This document shows positions 9,266 to 19,175 of a DNA stretch of 64,000 nucleotides, piece by piece. Under the pieces are notes generated by a model, which had not been told where the DNA came from, made no database searches, and worked only from the letters and a program-made list of their open reading frames with translations. The position numbers and the translations under genes are program-made. The first letter of the stretch is position 1. Each line of letters opens with the position of its first letter. The stretch comes from a virus. Lineage: Duplodnaviria; Caudoviricetes. Location: the IMG/VR virus record IMGVR_UViG_2877079323_000003, positions 5,715 through 69,714 of that record; one strand, written 5' to 3'.

Positions 9266-9780
9266 GAACGGTTGCTCCTGTTGATCGCCACCGTGCTTCG
9301 AGAATCAGCGTCCTGAAGTGCCTTGATCGCAGACTGGTTGCGTCGGTTATCTAGCTTGAGTGAGTCGTGTTGCAGGCTCAGATCTTCAAGTCGCTCGGAT
9401 AGCTTCTCGACCAATGCCGTTAACTGACGATTCGTAGCCTGGCTCTCTTCATACGCCTCGTTGAGCATGTGGGCAGTCACTTCATCATGACGCAGCTCAG
9501 GGGTGGGCTGAGGAGCCTTCATAGGTTTTGGTGGGCGGTGTGTCTTTGTCGCAACGGGTCGCGGTGCTGGGTTCATTGCTCTCTTGGCAGATATACGCTG
9601 CGCTTGTGCGTTCCGGCGTCTTTGGAACTCCTCCCAGGTCTTCGCCCGGCGGATGAGGTTGACCGTAGATACCTTGTACCCGGTTTGCATTGCGATTTCT
9701 TCTGGAGTTGATTTCTTCGATCGTGCAACGATGCTGTCGAATTTCTCCTTATTGATCTTGGTTGAGCCACTTGCTGGCAT
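9241..9780 (-). CDS. Hypothetical protein, HTH-like N-terminus and coiled coil
   Basis: PEEIAMQTGYKVSTVNLIR; heptad-rich C-terminus. Confidence 0.55.
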   Translation of the reverse strand: MPASGSTKINKEKFDSIVARSKKSTPEEIAMQTGYKVSTVNLIRRAKTWEEFQRRRNAQAQRISAKRAMNPAPRPVATKTHRPPKPMKAPQPTPELRHDEVTAHMLNEAYEESQATNRQLTALVEKLSERLEDLSLQHDSLKLDNRRNQSAIKALQDADSRSTVAINRSNRSWFPWSNR

Positions 9781-9983
9781 AGTTGGTTTCTCCCGAGGTC
9801 TCCACCTCTCTAATTGTTATTGCGCTGGCTCGTTTGACCTGCTTGATGCTGCGAGCAGCGTCCCTATCGCTTGAAGCAACGATTTCTCGTGCTCTGATAG
9901 CGGTTTCGGGTTGTCTAGTTGAACGTCAGCTTCCATCTCGTATTGACGAACCTCCCGTGGATCGTTCCACCAGGCGAGACTCA

Positions 9984-10961
9984 TTACGCAGTCTCTACCG
10001 GGGGAGTGATGCTGTCATCAGTCCACTCGGGTGGTAGGTCATACGTTCCCGCTTTGATTTCCTCAACTGCTTCAGCGATCGCGGTGATCTCTTCAGCCGT
10101 ACAGTTCTTCAGGAAGGGTTTGCTCGTCCCGAACTTACTTCCAGTCACGTGACCGACCAGGTTGCGCCGTGCCTTGTCCGATATAGGTAGATCCAACATG
10201 TGTCGTTGGAGGTTCAGAACTACATCGTCCTTACCAGAGGTCTTTACGATGATCTCGTTCGGTACAACTTGGTCGCGATCACCAGTGAATACAGGTGTGG
10301 CAGGCGTTTCGTCATTCCTCAAGATTCGTGCTTTCTCGGACACAAGCTTGCGTAGATTCGCGATCGCTACAGTTGCGTGGTCCTCTGTTCGGAGGGACAC
10401 GAGACGAGTATCGATCTGCTCCTTTGGAAACTTCAGATCTACGCACAGTTGTCGGATCTCGCTGATTTGTTCGTCGGTGGGCTTAGCCTGCCGGTTGGCG
10501 GCCTTGTTCCCGTCGTCGTCATCGTCCTCTGCAGATAGTCCGAGAATCGCCATCGTAGTCTGTCGCCGTTGATACGTGATTGCTGAACCCAGTCCTTGAG
10601 GATCGTTCTTGACCAGTAGAAGGTCAGTGTCATGCATTACTCCCACACCTGATTCGTGTACCAGGTAGCTGCGGAGGAAGTGCTTGCCGTCCTTCGACAT
10701 CACCCACTGCGTGAGTGCTAGTTTGTGCTTCGAGAGCAGTGGAAGAGCGGCATTTTGGACGTCTGCAAGTTCGGCGTAAGTATTGCCGTAGTGTGCGTTC
10801 TTTGCGCCTTTGATGACCGTCTTAACCTCGCCCTGAAGCTTTACAAGAGCTGCTGCGATGGCTGGTGGCATTAGAAGGGGAAGCTCAGGCGCAGCCGGCA
10901 TCTCTGCTGGCTTCTTAACCTCGCTTGGTTCTTCCTGCTTTTCCTTTTCTGCCATCTGCAA
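9984..10961 (-). CDS. ERF-family ssDNA annealing protein
   Basis: KNAHYGNTYAEL...PQGLGSAITYQRR...GLSAEDDDDDGN. Confidence 0.88.
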   Translation of the reverse strand: MQMAEKEKQEEPSEVKKPAEMPAAPELPLLMPPAIAAALVKLQGEVKTVIKGAKNAHYGNTYAELADVQNAALPLLSKHKLALTQWVMSKDGKHFLRSYLVHESGVGVMHDTDLLLVKNDPQGLGSAITYQRRQTTMAILGLSAEDDDDDGNKAANRQAKPTDEQISEIRQLCVDLKFPKEQIDTRLVSLRTEDHATVAIANLRKLVSEKARILRNDETPATPVFTGDRDQVVPNEIIVKTSGKDDVVLNLQRHMLDLPISDKARRNLVGHVTGSKFGTSKPFLKNCTAEEITAIAEAVEEIKAGTYDLPPEWTDDSITPPVETA

Positions 10962-11187
10962 TCTCCTTATTAAGTTGTTTCTCTATCCGCTGCAGGTCGG
11001 GATCTCTCATCACTAGATCATCTAGGACCATGGATCGCGACACTGTGTGCCCAAGTTCTTCGGTCAGCTTCTCCGCTCGCACATCGACTGCTTTAGCTCG
11101 TGTAGCTGGAAACAGGACGCTGAACATTGATTTCTTGGTTCCCCATTTGCGGACTTGCTTCGGGTATCTCTCGTTCGGTTTGTTCAT
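10915..11187 (-). CDS. Putative ribbon-helix-helix regulator
   Basis: MFSVLFP strand then helices ending VSRSMVLDDLV; first gene after promoter copy 2. Confidence 0.45.
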   Translation of the reverse strand: MNKPNERYPKQVRKWGTKKSMFSVLFPATRAKAVDVRAEKLTEELGHTVSRSMVLDDLVMRDPDLQRIEKQLNKEIADGRKGKAGRTKRG

Positions 11188-11290
11188 AATTTAAGAATCT
11201 TCCATCTATTTAGTTACAGCCCCCTGCTTAATGTCTTGTGTGTCGAATCGGTTAGTCTGTCCAGCTCACAATGTGCTGCGTTGATTCACT

Positions 11291-11333
11291 AATAACTATG
11301 AGCCAAACACGTAAATTATGCAATAGCGAAATG
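11291..11333 (-). promoter_or_regulatory. Conserved phage promoter, copy 2; DnaA-box-like 9-mer at 11339-11347
   Basis: CATTTCGCTA-TTGCAT-17 nt-CATAGT-TATT. Confidence 0.75.
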
Positions 11334-11339
11334 TGACCT

Positions 11340-12218
11340 GTGGAAAACTCAGTTCATGACATTGTGTGGTTAAATGTTAAGGAGATGAGCTATGTTTCAA
11401 CCCAGTACCAGCCACCAGGCAGCCCCCAGGGTCGAGACATACCCTTGGAGCCTCCTACCAGCGGAGACGAACCACCGCACGCTGCCGTTCAGTACCTGTA
11501 TCGTTCTTCTATGCAGTTACTTGCCCGCGACAGGGAGATCCTCAACTTGGTCAGTCGCTTCTCTCAGCTGTCCAGCGGACATATTGATGCCCTGATCTTT
11601 TCCGAACTTGCATCCAGAACGCCATGCTCAAATGCTTTGCGACGACTAACTGGACTCGGCTTGCTGCACCGTGTCAATCAGATGTTGCCTGGTGGTGCTC
11701 GTGGGGGATCGCAGCGGTATTGCTATGCCCTCGGGCCGAACGCTTGGCGCATGTACTCAAGTACTCGATACCGACCGCAGCGGACATTGAACCCCCACAC
11801 TCTCGCAATCGCTGATGCTTACGTGGCAATCAAACAGGCTGAGCGCGAGAAGTGGGTGGATGTACTGACTTACGGGACTGAGCCTGACAGTTGGATTGAT
11901 GTTGCTGGTGCTGATCTTCGCCCTGATTTGTATGTCGAGCTTGGACTGCGGGAGAAGCGCGAGCGAGTGGTGCTGTGGCTGGAGGTAGATATGGGCAGTG
12001 AACGACAGAAGCAGATCCTTGAAAAAGTCGACCGTTACAAGTACGCGCTCGAACACTCGGCTGAGTACCCGCTCGATGTGTTCCCTAGCGTGCTTTTTCT
12101 GGCCTGTGACGAGGCTCGGGCAGATGAGTTGAGAACTATCCTCCGTCGTGCACCGCAGTCACCTGAGGGCTTTATATCAGTTGCGTTGTTGTCGAGTTTT
12201 CCACAGCTCTTGAGGTAG
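11340..12218 (+). CDS. Replication-relaxation (Replic_Relax) family protein
   Basis: RDREIL...LRRL..LGLL.R...GGSQRYCYAL...HTLAIAD...LRPD...WLEVDMGSE...KVDRY. Confidence 0.85.
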   Translation: MENSVHDIVWLNVKEMSYVSTQYQPPGSPQGRDIPLEPPTSGDEPPHAAVQYLYRSSMQLLARDREILNLVSRFSQLSSGHIDALIFSELASRTPCSNALRRLTGLGLLHRVNQMLPGGARGGSQRYCYALGPNAWRMYSSTRYRPQRTLNPHTLAIADAYVAIKQAEREKWVDVLTYGTEPDSWIDVAGADLRPDLYVELGLREKRERVVLWLEVDMGSERQKQILEKVDRYKYALEHSAEYPLDVFPSVLFLACDEARADELRTILRRAPQSPEGFISVALLSSFPQLLR

Positions 12219-12314
12219 ATAGCACAACGCTTTGGCTATTGGTTATTTGCGGGGGTGGTGAGATAATAGGTATAGAGGTGGCGACACCTGAATAACAATA
12301 TAAAAGCTGGAGAT

Positions 12315-12893
12315 TTGAATATGACATATAGGGAACGAAGATTAGCAAGGGCCGCTCGACTTGAAGAATGGGCAGAGAAACGAGCAGCCAAGGCAGAAGA
12401 CAACTTCACTACGGTTCGTAATCTGGTAAAGGATGTACCGTTTGGCCAACCAGTACTAGTAGGGCATCACTCTGAACGTGCATCTCTGCGACACCGTGAT
12501 CGAGTAATCGGTGCCATGGATCGCGGCGTGGAGAACTCGCAGAAGTCAGAAGAGATGAAGTCCAAGGCAAGTAACATTCGATCTGCCGTAGACCGCGCAA
12601 TCTATGACGATGACGCGGACGCGATCGATCGGCTGAGAAAACAGATAGCCAAGGCTGAAAAACTGCGCTATGAAATAAAGGCCTATAACTTGTCTGTAAA
12701 AGCTGGGCATGCGGACGAGTCGCTGCTTGGTGAGGATATGAGAAGGAATCTACACAAGCTGCAGGGCATGCCAGGCATGATGGGTAAGGGTGGACAGCTG
12801 CCGTCATCTCTTTGTAGTGGTCTATCGTCAGGTATATCTAAGAATAGAAAGCGGCTTGCGAGGCTCGAACGTGACAGTTCGGCAAATCGTTGA
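12315..12893 (+). CDS. DUF3560 domain protein
   Basis: PFGQPVLVGHHSE signature. Confidence 0.85.
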   Translation: MNMTYRERRLARAARLEEWAEKRAAKAEDNFTTVRNLVKDVPFGQPVLVGHHSERASLRHRDRVIGAMDRGVENSQKSEEMKSKASNIRSAVDRAIYDDDADAIDRLRKQIAKAEKLRYEIKAYNLSVKAGHADESLLGEDMRRNLHKLQGMPGMMGKGGQLPSSLCSGLSSGISKNRKRLARLERDSSANR

Positions 12894-13046
12894 TACGAGA
12901 ACGGGCGAGATCATGGATCTCGCCCCAAGTAAGAAGTCGGTCAGGCCTAACCCTGTGCTCTACAGACGCAGAGCGGCCGGAGATGACTCCGCACTGTTTA
13001 TAAGTTTGCTCGGCCTCCTGCTGGCCTCCATAGCACTTGCAAACTA

Positions 13047-13080
13047 AAGAAGAACCCCGCTACTTAGCGGGGTTCTTCTT
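13047..13080. terminator. Bidirectional intrinsic terminator
   Basis: AAGAAGAACCCCGCTA / TAGCGGGGTTCTTCTT perfect inverted repeat between convergent ORFs. Confidence 0.75.
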
Positions 13081-13331
13081 GTCTGAGGCACCCTTACGGG
13101 CGGGGCTAGGCCTCCTATACATATTACGACGATCGTAGTTCATCATGAAAGTTTTGTGGCGTTTCAGGTTCTCTGCGAGATCAGCTTGTCTTGCTGCGTC
13201 TGTGGTGGGTGACGGCGTTTGAGGGATGACGATGCGTCTGTTGGTAAGAGGGAGTTGTTTTTCGTTATCCACCATGCTGTCTTCAGTATGGCATGAGGCG
13301 GGGGATTGTGGAATATGGAAAACGTCAAGTA

Positions 13332-13453
13332 TTGCAAATTGTGTCGATCTGCTTATAATGAAGTACAGCAAGCATCTATCTTCAAATGGTGTAAGTCTTG
13401 CTCCTGAGATTTACCTCGGAGGGCGTTGCAATTTATTGAGGTTTCTATATAAT
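13332..13453 (+). promoter_or_regulatory. Two tandem sigma70-like promoters
   Basis: TTGCAA-16-TATAAT at 13332-13359 and at 13426-13453. Confidence 0.55.
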
Positions 13454-13473
13454 AGGACGTGAAGATAGATGCT

Positions 13474-13500
13474 AAGGCACTCCGTAAGGGGTGCTTTTCT
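13474..13500 (+). terminator. Intrinsic terminator-like hairpin
   Basis: AAGGCACTCC-GTAA-GGGGTGCTTT then TCTT. Confidence 0.55.
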
Positions 13501-14400
13501 TGTATCTCGTGGGAGACTTGAAGACCGTTACGGTTCGGATGCGAGCATAAAGAAGTGATGAAATGAACGGCTCAGCGTTTTAGGGGTATCGTAACAACCC
13601 TCGCTTTGTACTGATAGTGCTCTGCTAACTCTAGCTACCTTTACAATTCGGCAAGTTATAGACACGCATCCGCCACCCTCCACGCTGGGATAATTACCAG
13701 TAAGAGCATGGATTGACAGATTCCAGGACAACGTGGGCATCGGGTGACACTAAACGCTAAGACGTACGGGCGCGGTGATGGAGAGAGTAGGAGTTAGCGA
13801 CTCTGAGGGCATCCAGAACGTATCGATGCCAAAGCTAGATGAGAGCGCAAGCAACACGGCTAGCCATCGGAGAGAGGGTGGTCGGTGTGTGTCTATAACA
13901 ACTTCAGAACACACATGAGCAGTGAGTGGCGGAATAGGTAGACGCATATGGGTGAACGCACGGAGTGGAAGTGCTGACCGTTACCTCAAGTCTATAAAAC
14001 ATCCACGACACCACCCTGAAAGCTAGCAGTAGAAGCACTCTAATAGGGATGTTCGGAGACGAGATGGTGGGCGATGGGAGACGACAGCGTTCATGCAGGG
14101 TGACTATACGAGTACTCCAGGGTAATAGGTGAGTCCTGGCTCAATTTCTCGTCAAATCCCTGCCTTACTGCTCTTGCGTGTTCTGAAGTCTTGAATCCAC
14201 CGAGAAGTCTTGTACCGATCAACTGGAAAAGGGAGTTAGTACTCAAGCTATCCCTGATCTAGCCGCCGTGTCCGACCTACTCAGGGAATGCTGGATTATT
14301 AACTCCCCCCCGTTTTACCGGACAAAAGAGGGAGTGCTTAGAGACTCAAAACTAAGACATTCCCTATCGTTGGCGGGTGGCAACTCTGGATGCGGGGGGA
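13500..14400 (+). ncRNA. Putative large structured non-coding RNA, copy B (boundaries approximate)
   Basis: No credible ORF; long stems 13655-13680/13874-13899, 13901-13912/14178-14189, 14231-14241/14297-14307, with G-U pairs favouring the plus strand. Confidence 0.62.
13917..14173 (+). ncRNA. tRNA-like core B; not a canonical tRNA
   Basis: GAGCAGTGAG-TG-GCG-GAATAGGTAGA-CGC...GCAGGG-T-[50 nt]-TCAAAT-CCCTGC-CTTACTGCTC. Confidence 0.7.
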
Positions 14401-14453
14401 CCTGCGGGATTGCCTGTTGATTACTTATGGTCGTAGTTTTCCACAGCTTCTCT

Positions 14454-14496
14454 CATTTCGCTATTGCATTTATCGTTAGTTTGGCTCATAGTTATT
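14454..14496 (+). promoter_or_regulatory. Conserved phage promoter, copy 3; DnaA-box-like 9-mer at 14437-14445
   Basis: CATTTCGCTA-TTGCAT-17 nt-CATAGT-TATT upstream of ORF 14532. Confidence 0.75.
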
Positions 14497-14531
14497 TATA
14501 GAAAAGATAATCATAGAAAGGCAATAAAGCT

Positions 14532-14837
14532 ATGAACACAACCCAAGTAACAATACCAAGCAAGATGGCAAGTGAACTGCGAAGTCGACTGGATGAGTGT
14601 GGTGCTTACAGTATCCACGACGATCGTCATCCCTTATATAAGCGGTTACTAAGATCAAATACAGTTCGTGTTAACGACGACGAGCTCATGGAACTTATAT
14701 ATCACGCGCAGACCATGATCGAAATCGCACAAGAGAATGACGATCCCGTGATGGACACCGAGGCTGAAGGTGCACGTGAGTTCTTTAGGAGCCGGGCCGT
14801 GAGTCAGGCAGGCTTACGACTAGCAATACGAGTTTAG
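14532..14837 (+). CDS. Hypothetical protein
   Basis: ATG ORF after promoter copy 3. Confidence 0.6.
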   Translation: MNTTQVTIPSKMASELRSRLDECGAYSIHDDRHPLYKRLLRSNTVRVNDDELMELIYHAQTMIEIAQENDDPVMDTEAEGAREFFRSRAVSQAGLRLAIRV

Positions 14838-14900
14838 TTTTGTGACCTTGGTAAGTCCCTAAACTGCCTTGCCTAAAAATTAAGCAGGAATCAATGCAAT

Positions 14901-15356
14901 ATGAGTTCATACGATCAACCCAATAAGAACCGCCGCGGCCTCGTAGTCTTTCTACTAGTAATCGTCGCCTTCATCACCGTCGCAGCCTTCAATCAAAAGA
15001 GCGACCAACCAACTGGCCTCGTAGTTCCAACTGGAACCTCGACATCAGCACCCGCGCAACAGAAGTCCTGGCACAAGGTCATCGAGCTATCCGGCTCGAC
15101 AAGCAAGCGCAGTGATATCTTCCAGCTGAACAGCTCCAAGCAACGGATCACGTACACAGTGAACGGTGAGTACAGCCCGTTCGTGAACATCTACGTGATG
15201 GCAGAGGGGAAGTCTCTCGACAAGCACGGCGGAATCCCTGAGGTCACAATGGCTTCAGTAAGTGGAGATACGTTGATGTACAAAACATCTGGCGGCTACT
15301 ACCTCGATGTAAGCGGCAATGGTGAGTGGACGGTGATCATCGAGGAGGAGCGGTAG
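14901..15356 (+). CDS. Membrane-anchored exported protein
   Basis: N-terminal TM helix, S/T/P linker, beta-rich domain ending GEWTVIIEE. Confidence 0.65.
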   Translation: MSSYDQPNKNRRGLVVFLLVIVAFITVAAFNQKSDQPTGLVVPTGTSTSAPAQQKSWHKVIELSGSTSKRSDIFQLNSSKQRITYTVNGEYSPFVNIYVMAEGKSLDKHGGIPEVTMASVSGDTLMYKTSGGYYLDVSGNGEWTVIIEEER

Positions 15357-15519
15357 TCATGGGGGCACTACTACGAACTCCCACTGAGGAAGGTAAGCGT
15401 GAAGAGGAGACGTTCGGCGCAAGGATTATGGCGCGTGTACTTGAGTGGGAAAAGGCCTGGGCAGAGTCCAATGCCTCTCTATCATCCGACTCGACGTGTC
15501 CGAGTGATGAGGCGAAGTC

Positions 15520-16071
15520 ATGAAATTCAAGCGCTTCAACTTCACGGCAGTCGATCCCGCAGCTATCATCTTGTTGGTCGGTCTCATTGTCGTTATGGTG
15601 GTGTTCATTCCGATTGAAATATCTACGATGAATAGATCCGAGCCTTCTTTGGCTGGACCGGCCGCTGTGTCCACTGATTCTAAGGGCCAGAACTCTGTCG
15701 AATCCCTCGTCAACGCCGAGAGAACCAAAGCAAGGAAGCAACCCTTCACAACAAGCGACACACTTCGATCGAGCGCGTGCGCCAAAGCGGATCACATGCT
15801 CGCACAGAGCTATTGGTCGCACACCTCACCAGATGGCGTGACTCCCTGGACCTTCATCGAAAAGGCCGGCTACCGCTACACAACTGCGGGGGAGAACCTT
15901 GCGAAGTCATACCCTGACGATGCGAGTCTTGTTGCTGCCTGGATGAACAGTCCGTCTCACCGAGAGAACGTGCTTGGTGACTTCAAAGAACAGGGGATCT
16001 GTCAGAAGACTGGGACGTTGCAGGGTAAGACGACGACCGTGACTGTGCAGCATGTTGGAGTGCGGTCATGA
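15520..16071 (+). CDS. CAP/SCP domain protein with N-terminal TM
   Basis: LVNAER, KADHM...YWSHTSPDG, AGENLA, WMNSPSHRENVL. Confidence 0.9.
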   Translation: MKFKRFNFTAVDPAAIILLVGLIVVMVVFIPIEISTMNRSEPSLAGPAAVSTDSKGQNSVESLVNAERTKARKQPFTTSDTLRSSACAKADHMLAQSYWSHTSPDGVTPWTFIEKAGYRYTTAGENLAKSYPDDASLVAAWMNSPSHRENVLGDFKEQGICQKTGTLQGKTTTVTVQHVGVRS

Positions 16072-16337
16072 AAACAACTCTGCGAGAGGAGATCCTGGCC
16101 AGTCCTGTGACGGTTGATGAGAAGAACATCCTTGATTTCTTCACGACTCTCTCGATCATCCTATTCGGTCGTGAGCTGTCGATTGAATGCGTGCAGTTCA
16201 TCGTCCTGGTCATGAGGCTTGGCGCTAGGCGGCGGGTTGAACCGCAAGTCATCACTCCCATGATCCAGGTTGTCGACTACTCAGCCGTACGAACCCAGGA
16301 GTTGGCGGCAATGCACTCGATGAGGATGCGGTCATGA
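16068..16337 (+). CDS. Hypothetical protein
   Basis: ATGA-coupled on both sides. Confidence 0.5.
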   Translation: MKTTLREEILASPVTVDEKNILDFFTTLSIILFGRELSIECVQFIVLVMRLGARRRVEPQVITPMIQVVDYSAVRTQELAAMHSMRMRS

Positions 16338-16876
16338 ATCGTGTGATCAAGTTTCGCGCTTGGGACCGTCGCAACAAAAAGATCTACCCCGTCGTATCGG
16401 TCAGGTGGTCGTACGGGTCTGTGTTGCGCCACTTTCACCGTGGAGTTCCGGAAGGCGACTGGCTGCCGGATGAAGTCGTAGTCATCCTCGGTAATGACAA
16501 GATGCGTACGTTCTCTTACTTTCCTCATCCAAGGTCGTACATCCGCATCGGATCACGCAGAGTGCTGAGCAGACACGCAGGGCGGCACATCCGTGACCTG
16601 ACTCTCTTGGAGTTCACCGGCCTAATGGACAAGAACGGCATCGAGATCTACGACAGCGACATCGTACGGCTCAAGTTCCGAGAAGCGCCTGATGAGTACT
16701 CGTTCGAACTAGGGGTCGTTAAATGGCACGAGTCATCGTCGGCCTTCAAGTGGTTTGCACTGGAAGAAGATCTATCTGACGGTAACAACTACTGGTTGAC
16801 TCATGCCGACTGCGACGGTCGCGAGGTAGTTGGCAACCTCTACGAGCATCCTCACCTGCTGGAAGAGTCGTCATGA
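16334..16876 (+). CDS. YopX-family protein
   Basis: IKFRAWD...FTGLMDKNGIEIYDSDIV...EVVGNLYEHPHLLE. Confidence 0.9.
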   Translation: MNRVIKFRAWDRRNKKIYPVVSVRWSYGSVLRHFHRGVPEGDWLPDEVVVILGNDKMRTFSYFPHPRSYIRIGSRRVLSRHAGRHIRDLTLLEFTGLMDKNGIEIYDSDIVRLKFREAPDEYSFELGVVKWHESSSAFKWFALEEDLSDGNNYWLTHADCDGREVVGNLYEHPHLLEESS

Positions 16877-17169
16877 CAGTGACACTCAAGATCGCCCCGT
16901 CGATCGAAGAGCTACGTGACGCGCCGACGCTGAGACCAGTGTCAGTAGAACTTGAGATCACTCAACCTGACAGCGATTCATCGTTAGAGGCACTCACCCA
17001 ACACTTCGAAGAGACGGCACGTGCGTTCAACCGCGTTTGGGAAGTAGTCGGTTTGGTAGATCCGGAAGGATTGAAAGCCTTTCTCTCCCTGTTGCGTCCG
17101 ACGCTCCAGGGAACAGGACTTCGGATCGTGAACAAGCGTGGGCGAAACAAGCTGGTGGTGAGGGGCTGA
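16873..17169 (+). CDS. Hypothetical protein
   Basis: Coupled ORF. Confidence 0.5.
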   Translation: MTVTLKIAPSIEELRDAPTLRPVSVELEITQPDSDSSLEALTQHFEETARAFNRVWEVVGLVDPEGLKAFLSLLRPTLQGTGLRIVNKRGRNKLVVRG

Positions 17170-17170
17170 C

Positions 17171-17854
17171 GTGGCGAAGTTCTACGTCTACATCACCGAT
17201 CGACTTCATGGTGACCAGAACTTTGGCTTCGCTCACGAACGCGTGTTCACCGAGATCTACGAAGCTGAGAGCAAAGCTGATGTCAAAGAGCTGGTGCTGA
17301 AGGACTTCGATTACATGCCGAAGGTGCGGGAGAAGATGACGGCGAAAGTGCCTGATACTGAACGGTTCATCACTAGCATCCATGAACTCAACGACTACTG
17401 GCATGACATCTGGTTGACCCCGCACAGGTGCAGGGAGTGCCTTAACGAGTACACGAAGATCGAGAAGGCGAAGTTTCGCATGAGCGGCTCACCTGAGTTC
17501 TGCTCTAGCGAGTGCCAGAAGCATTACGACATCCGCTTCGAGGCAACGGCGGTGGATAGCTACAACACCGCGACCGTCTACATGATCACCCACAAGCCGA
17601 GCGGAAAGAGGTACATCGGCGTGACCACACGTTGGTTGATGCAGCGCTGGTGGGAGCACATCAAGGCGCAGAGCGGATCGCCATTCCATCAACTCGTACA
17701 GGCGAGCAGCATCACCGACTTCACGTTCGAAGTGCTGGAGGTGTTCAAGCCGAGTGAACATGACCCTTATGAACGTGAGTCGATCTACATCAAGCAGTAC
17801 GACGCAGTGGAACTGGGCCTTAACGCTGTAAGCGGTCACGCTGCGAAGAAGTAA
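17171..17854 (+). CDS. GIY-YIG nuclease with Cys4 zinc finger
   Basis: CREC...FCSSEC; VYMITHKPSGKRYIGVT...RWWEH...ERE...LGLN. Confidence 0.85.
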   Translation: MAKFYVYITDRLHGDQNFGFAHERVFTEIYEAESKADVKELVLKDFDYMPKVREKMTAKVPDTERFITSIHELNDYWHDIWLTPHRCRECLNEYTKIEKAKFRMSGSPEFCSSECQKHYDIRFEATAVDSYNTATVYMITHKPSGKRYIGVTTRWLMQRWWEHIKAQSGSPFHQLVQASSITDFTFEVLEVFKPSEHDPYERESIYIKQYDAVELGLNAVSGHAAKK

Positions 17855-17956
17855 GCCGACATGACCACACACCCATCTTTGCCGCTCGAACCCCACGAGC
17901 GGCCTTCTGTGCGTTCCTAGTGACATATTTCAAGCATTGTCGTACGTTAAGAACAT

Positions 17957-18442
17957 ATGGGTAGCCAACCAATCATTATCCGGCGCAGTCTCTTTGGCCT
18001 AGCTGGGTTGATTCTGGTTGGACTTCTGATCGCTGGATTCATCTATGGACTGGCGTACTTCCTTCACACTCAGAACCCACGGGACACGACACCGATTGCG
18101 ATTCTCCAGCTGATGGGCGTCGTCGTCCTGATCTCAACAGCAGTTACGGCCATCGTCTACAACCTCCACTCGATGACACTCAACGACAGCGGTGTGACGA
18201 TCAAGAACTGGGGGAGTCTGTTCTTTAGCAGCGAGACACACTGCGATTGGAATGAGATCGAAGACCTCAACGTGCAGCGTGGGGGACCGTTGGCGTTCGT
18301 TGGCGGTTACGGCAATCTTCTAATCCAAACAGCAGGCACCGAGACGAACCTTCGTTTCAACTACTGCCCTCGCCCCGAGTACTGGCGTGACTACATCGAC
18401 CAGCGTAGCGAGAGCACACCTGAACTAGTTCGCAACGTCTAG
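17957..18442 (+). CDS. Membrane protein with bacterial PH (bPH)-like domain
   Basis: Two TM helices then IEDLNVQRGG...GYGNLLIQTAG. Confidence 0.7.
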   Translation: MGSQPIIIRRSLFGLAGLILVGLLIAGFIYGLAYFLHTQNPRDTTPIAILQLMGVVVLISTAVTAIVYNLHSMTLNDSGVTIKNWGSLFFSSETHCDWNEIEDLNVQRGGPLAFVGGYGNLLIQTAGTETNLRFNYCPRPEYWRDYIDQRSESTPELVRNV

Positions 18443-18669
18443 AGCGCGAGTGCAACGCCCGAACCGATCGCAAGCACCAAGCCGACGACCATCATCTTGA
18501 TGCCAAGTTGGAGTTCCGACGTTTTCGCTGCCTTCTTGTCGGCAAAGCTCTTGTCAGACTCGAACCAACCCTTCTTAGCTGGCTTGTTCAGTGACTCGAA
18601 GATGCCAGTGCCGCCAGCGAGGGTGACGAAGACACCGACAACCAAGACCACGATCAGGAGCCATTTCAT
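18439..18669 (-). CDS. Small two-TM protein
   Basis: Hydrophobic N- and C-termini. Confidence 0.5.
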   Translation of the reverse strand: MKWLLIVVLVVGVFVTLAGGTGIFESLNKPAKKGWFESDKSFADKKAAKTSELQLGIKMMVVGLVLAIGSGVALAL

Positions 18670-18770
18670 GGTGAAGTCTTACCACGGCACACCGTCAGCA
18701 ACGCCGGTGCCACGGGTTCTCGCGCAGTTATCTGTTACTAGTTGTTGCGGCCAATCGCCCTGTCGCGGTC

Positions 18771-19175
18771 GTGATTAAGCTGGTGGGACCAATCAGCGCA
18801 CGGGAGTACATCATGCACCGGCTCTTTATCAGTATGGGACTCGATTCAGAGATCGGGATCTACGAGTTGTACGACCGAACGATGGCATTCGTCAGGCGTT
18901 GCTTGAGCGAACTTGGCTACTTCATAGGCCCTTCGACGCTTGAGGATCGGTCTGAGCAGCTTGGTCGTGGGTTCAGTCAGTACTTCGTGTTGGAACCTGA
19001 GGGTCAGCTGGTTTCGACGGTCATTGAGATGGATCAGATAGTTCTCTTCGAGCTACATATCGATGCACTGGAACGGGAACTCAACCGTGGGTTGCAGTCG
19101 ATCGTCAACGATTTGATTGACACTTATGACGACATCCACGCGTCTGTTCGCATCGCTGACGACGTTCGTGACTGA
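18771..19175 (+). CDS. Hypothetical protein
   Basis: 134-aa ORF filling the gap. Confidence 0.45.
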   Translation: MIKLVGPISAREYIMHRLFISMGLDSEIGIYELYDRTMAFVRRCLSELGYFIGPSTLEDRSEQLGRGFSQYFVLEPEGQLVSTVIEMDQIVLFELHIDALERELNRGLQSIVNDLIDTYDDIHASVRIADDVRD

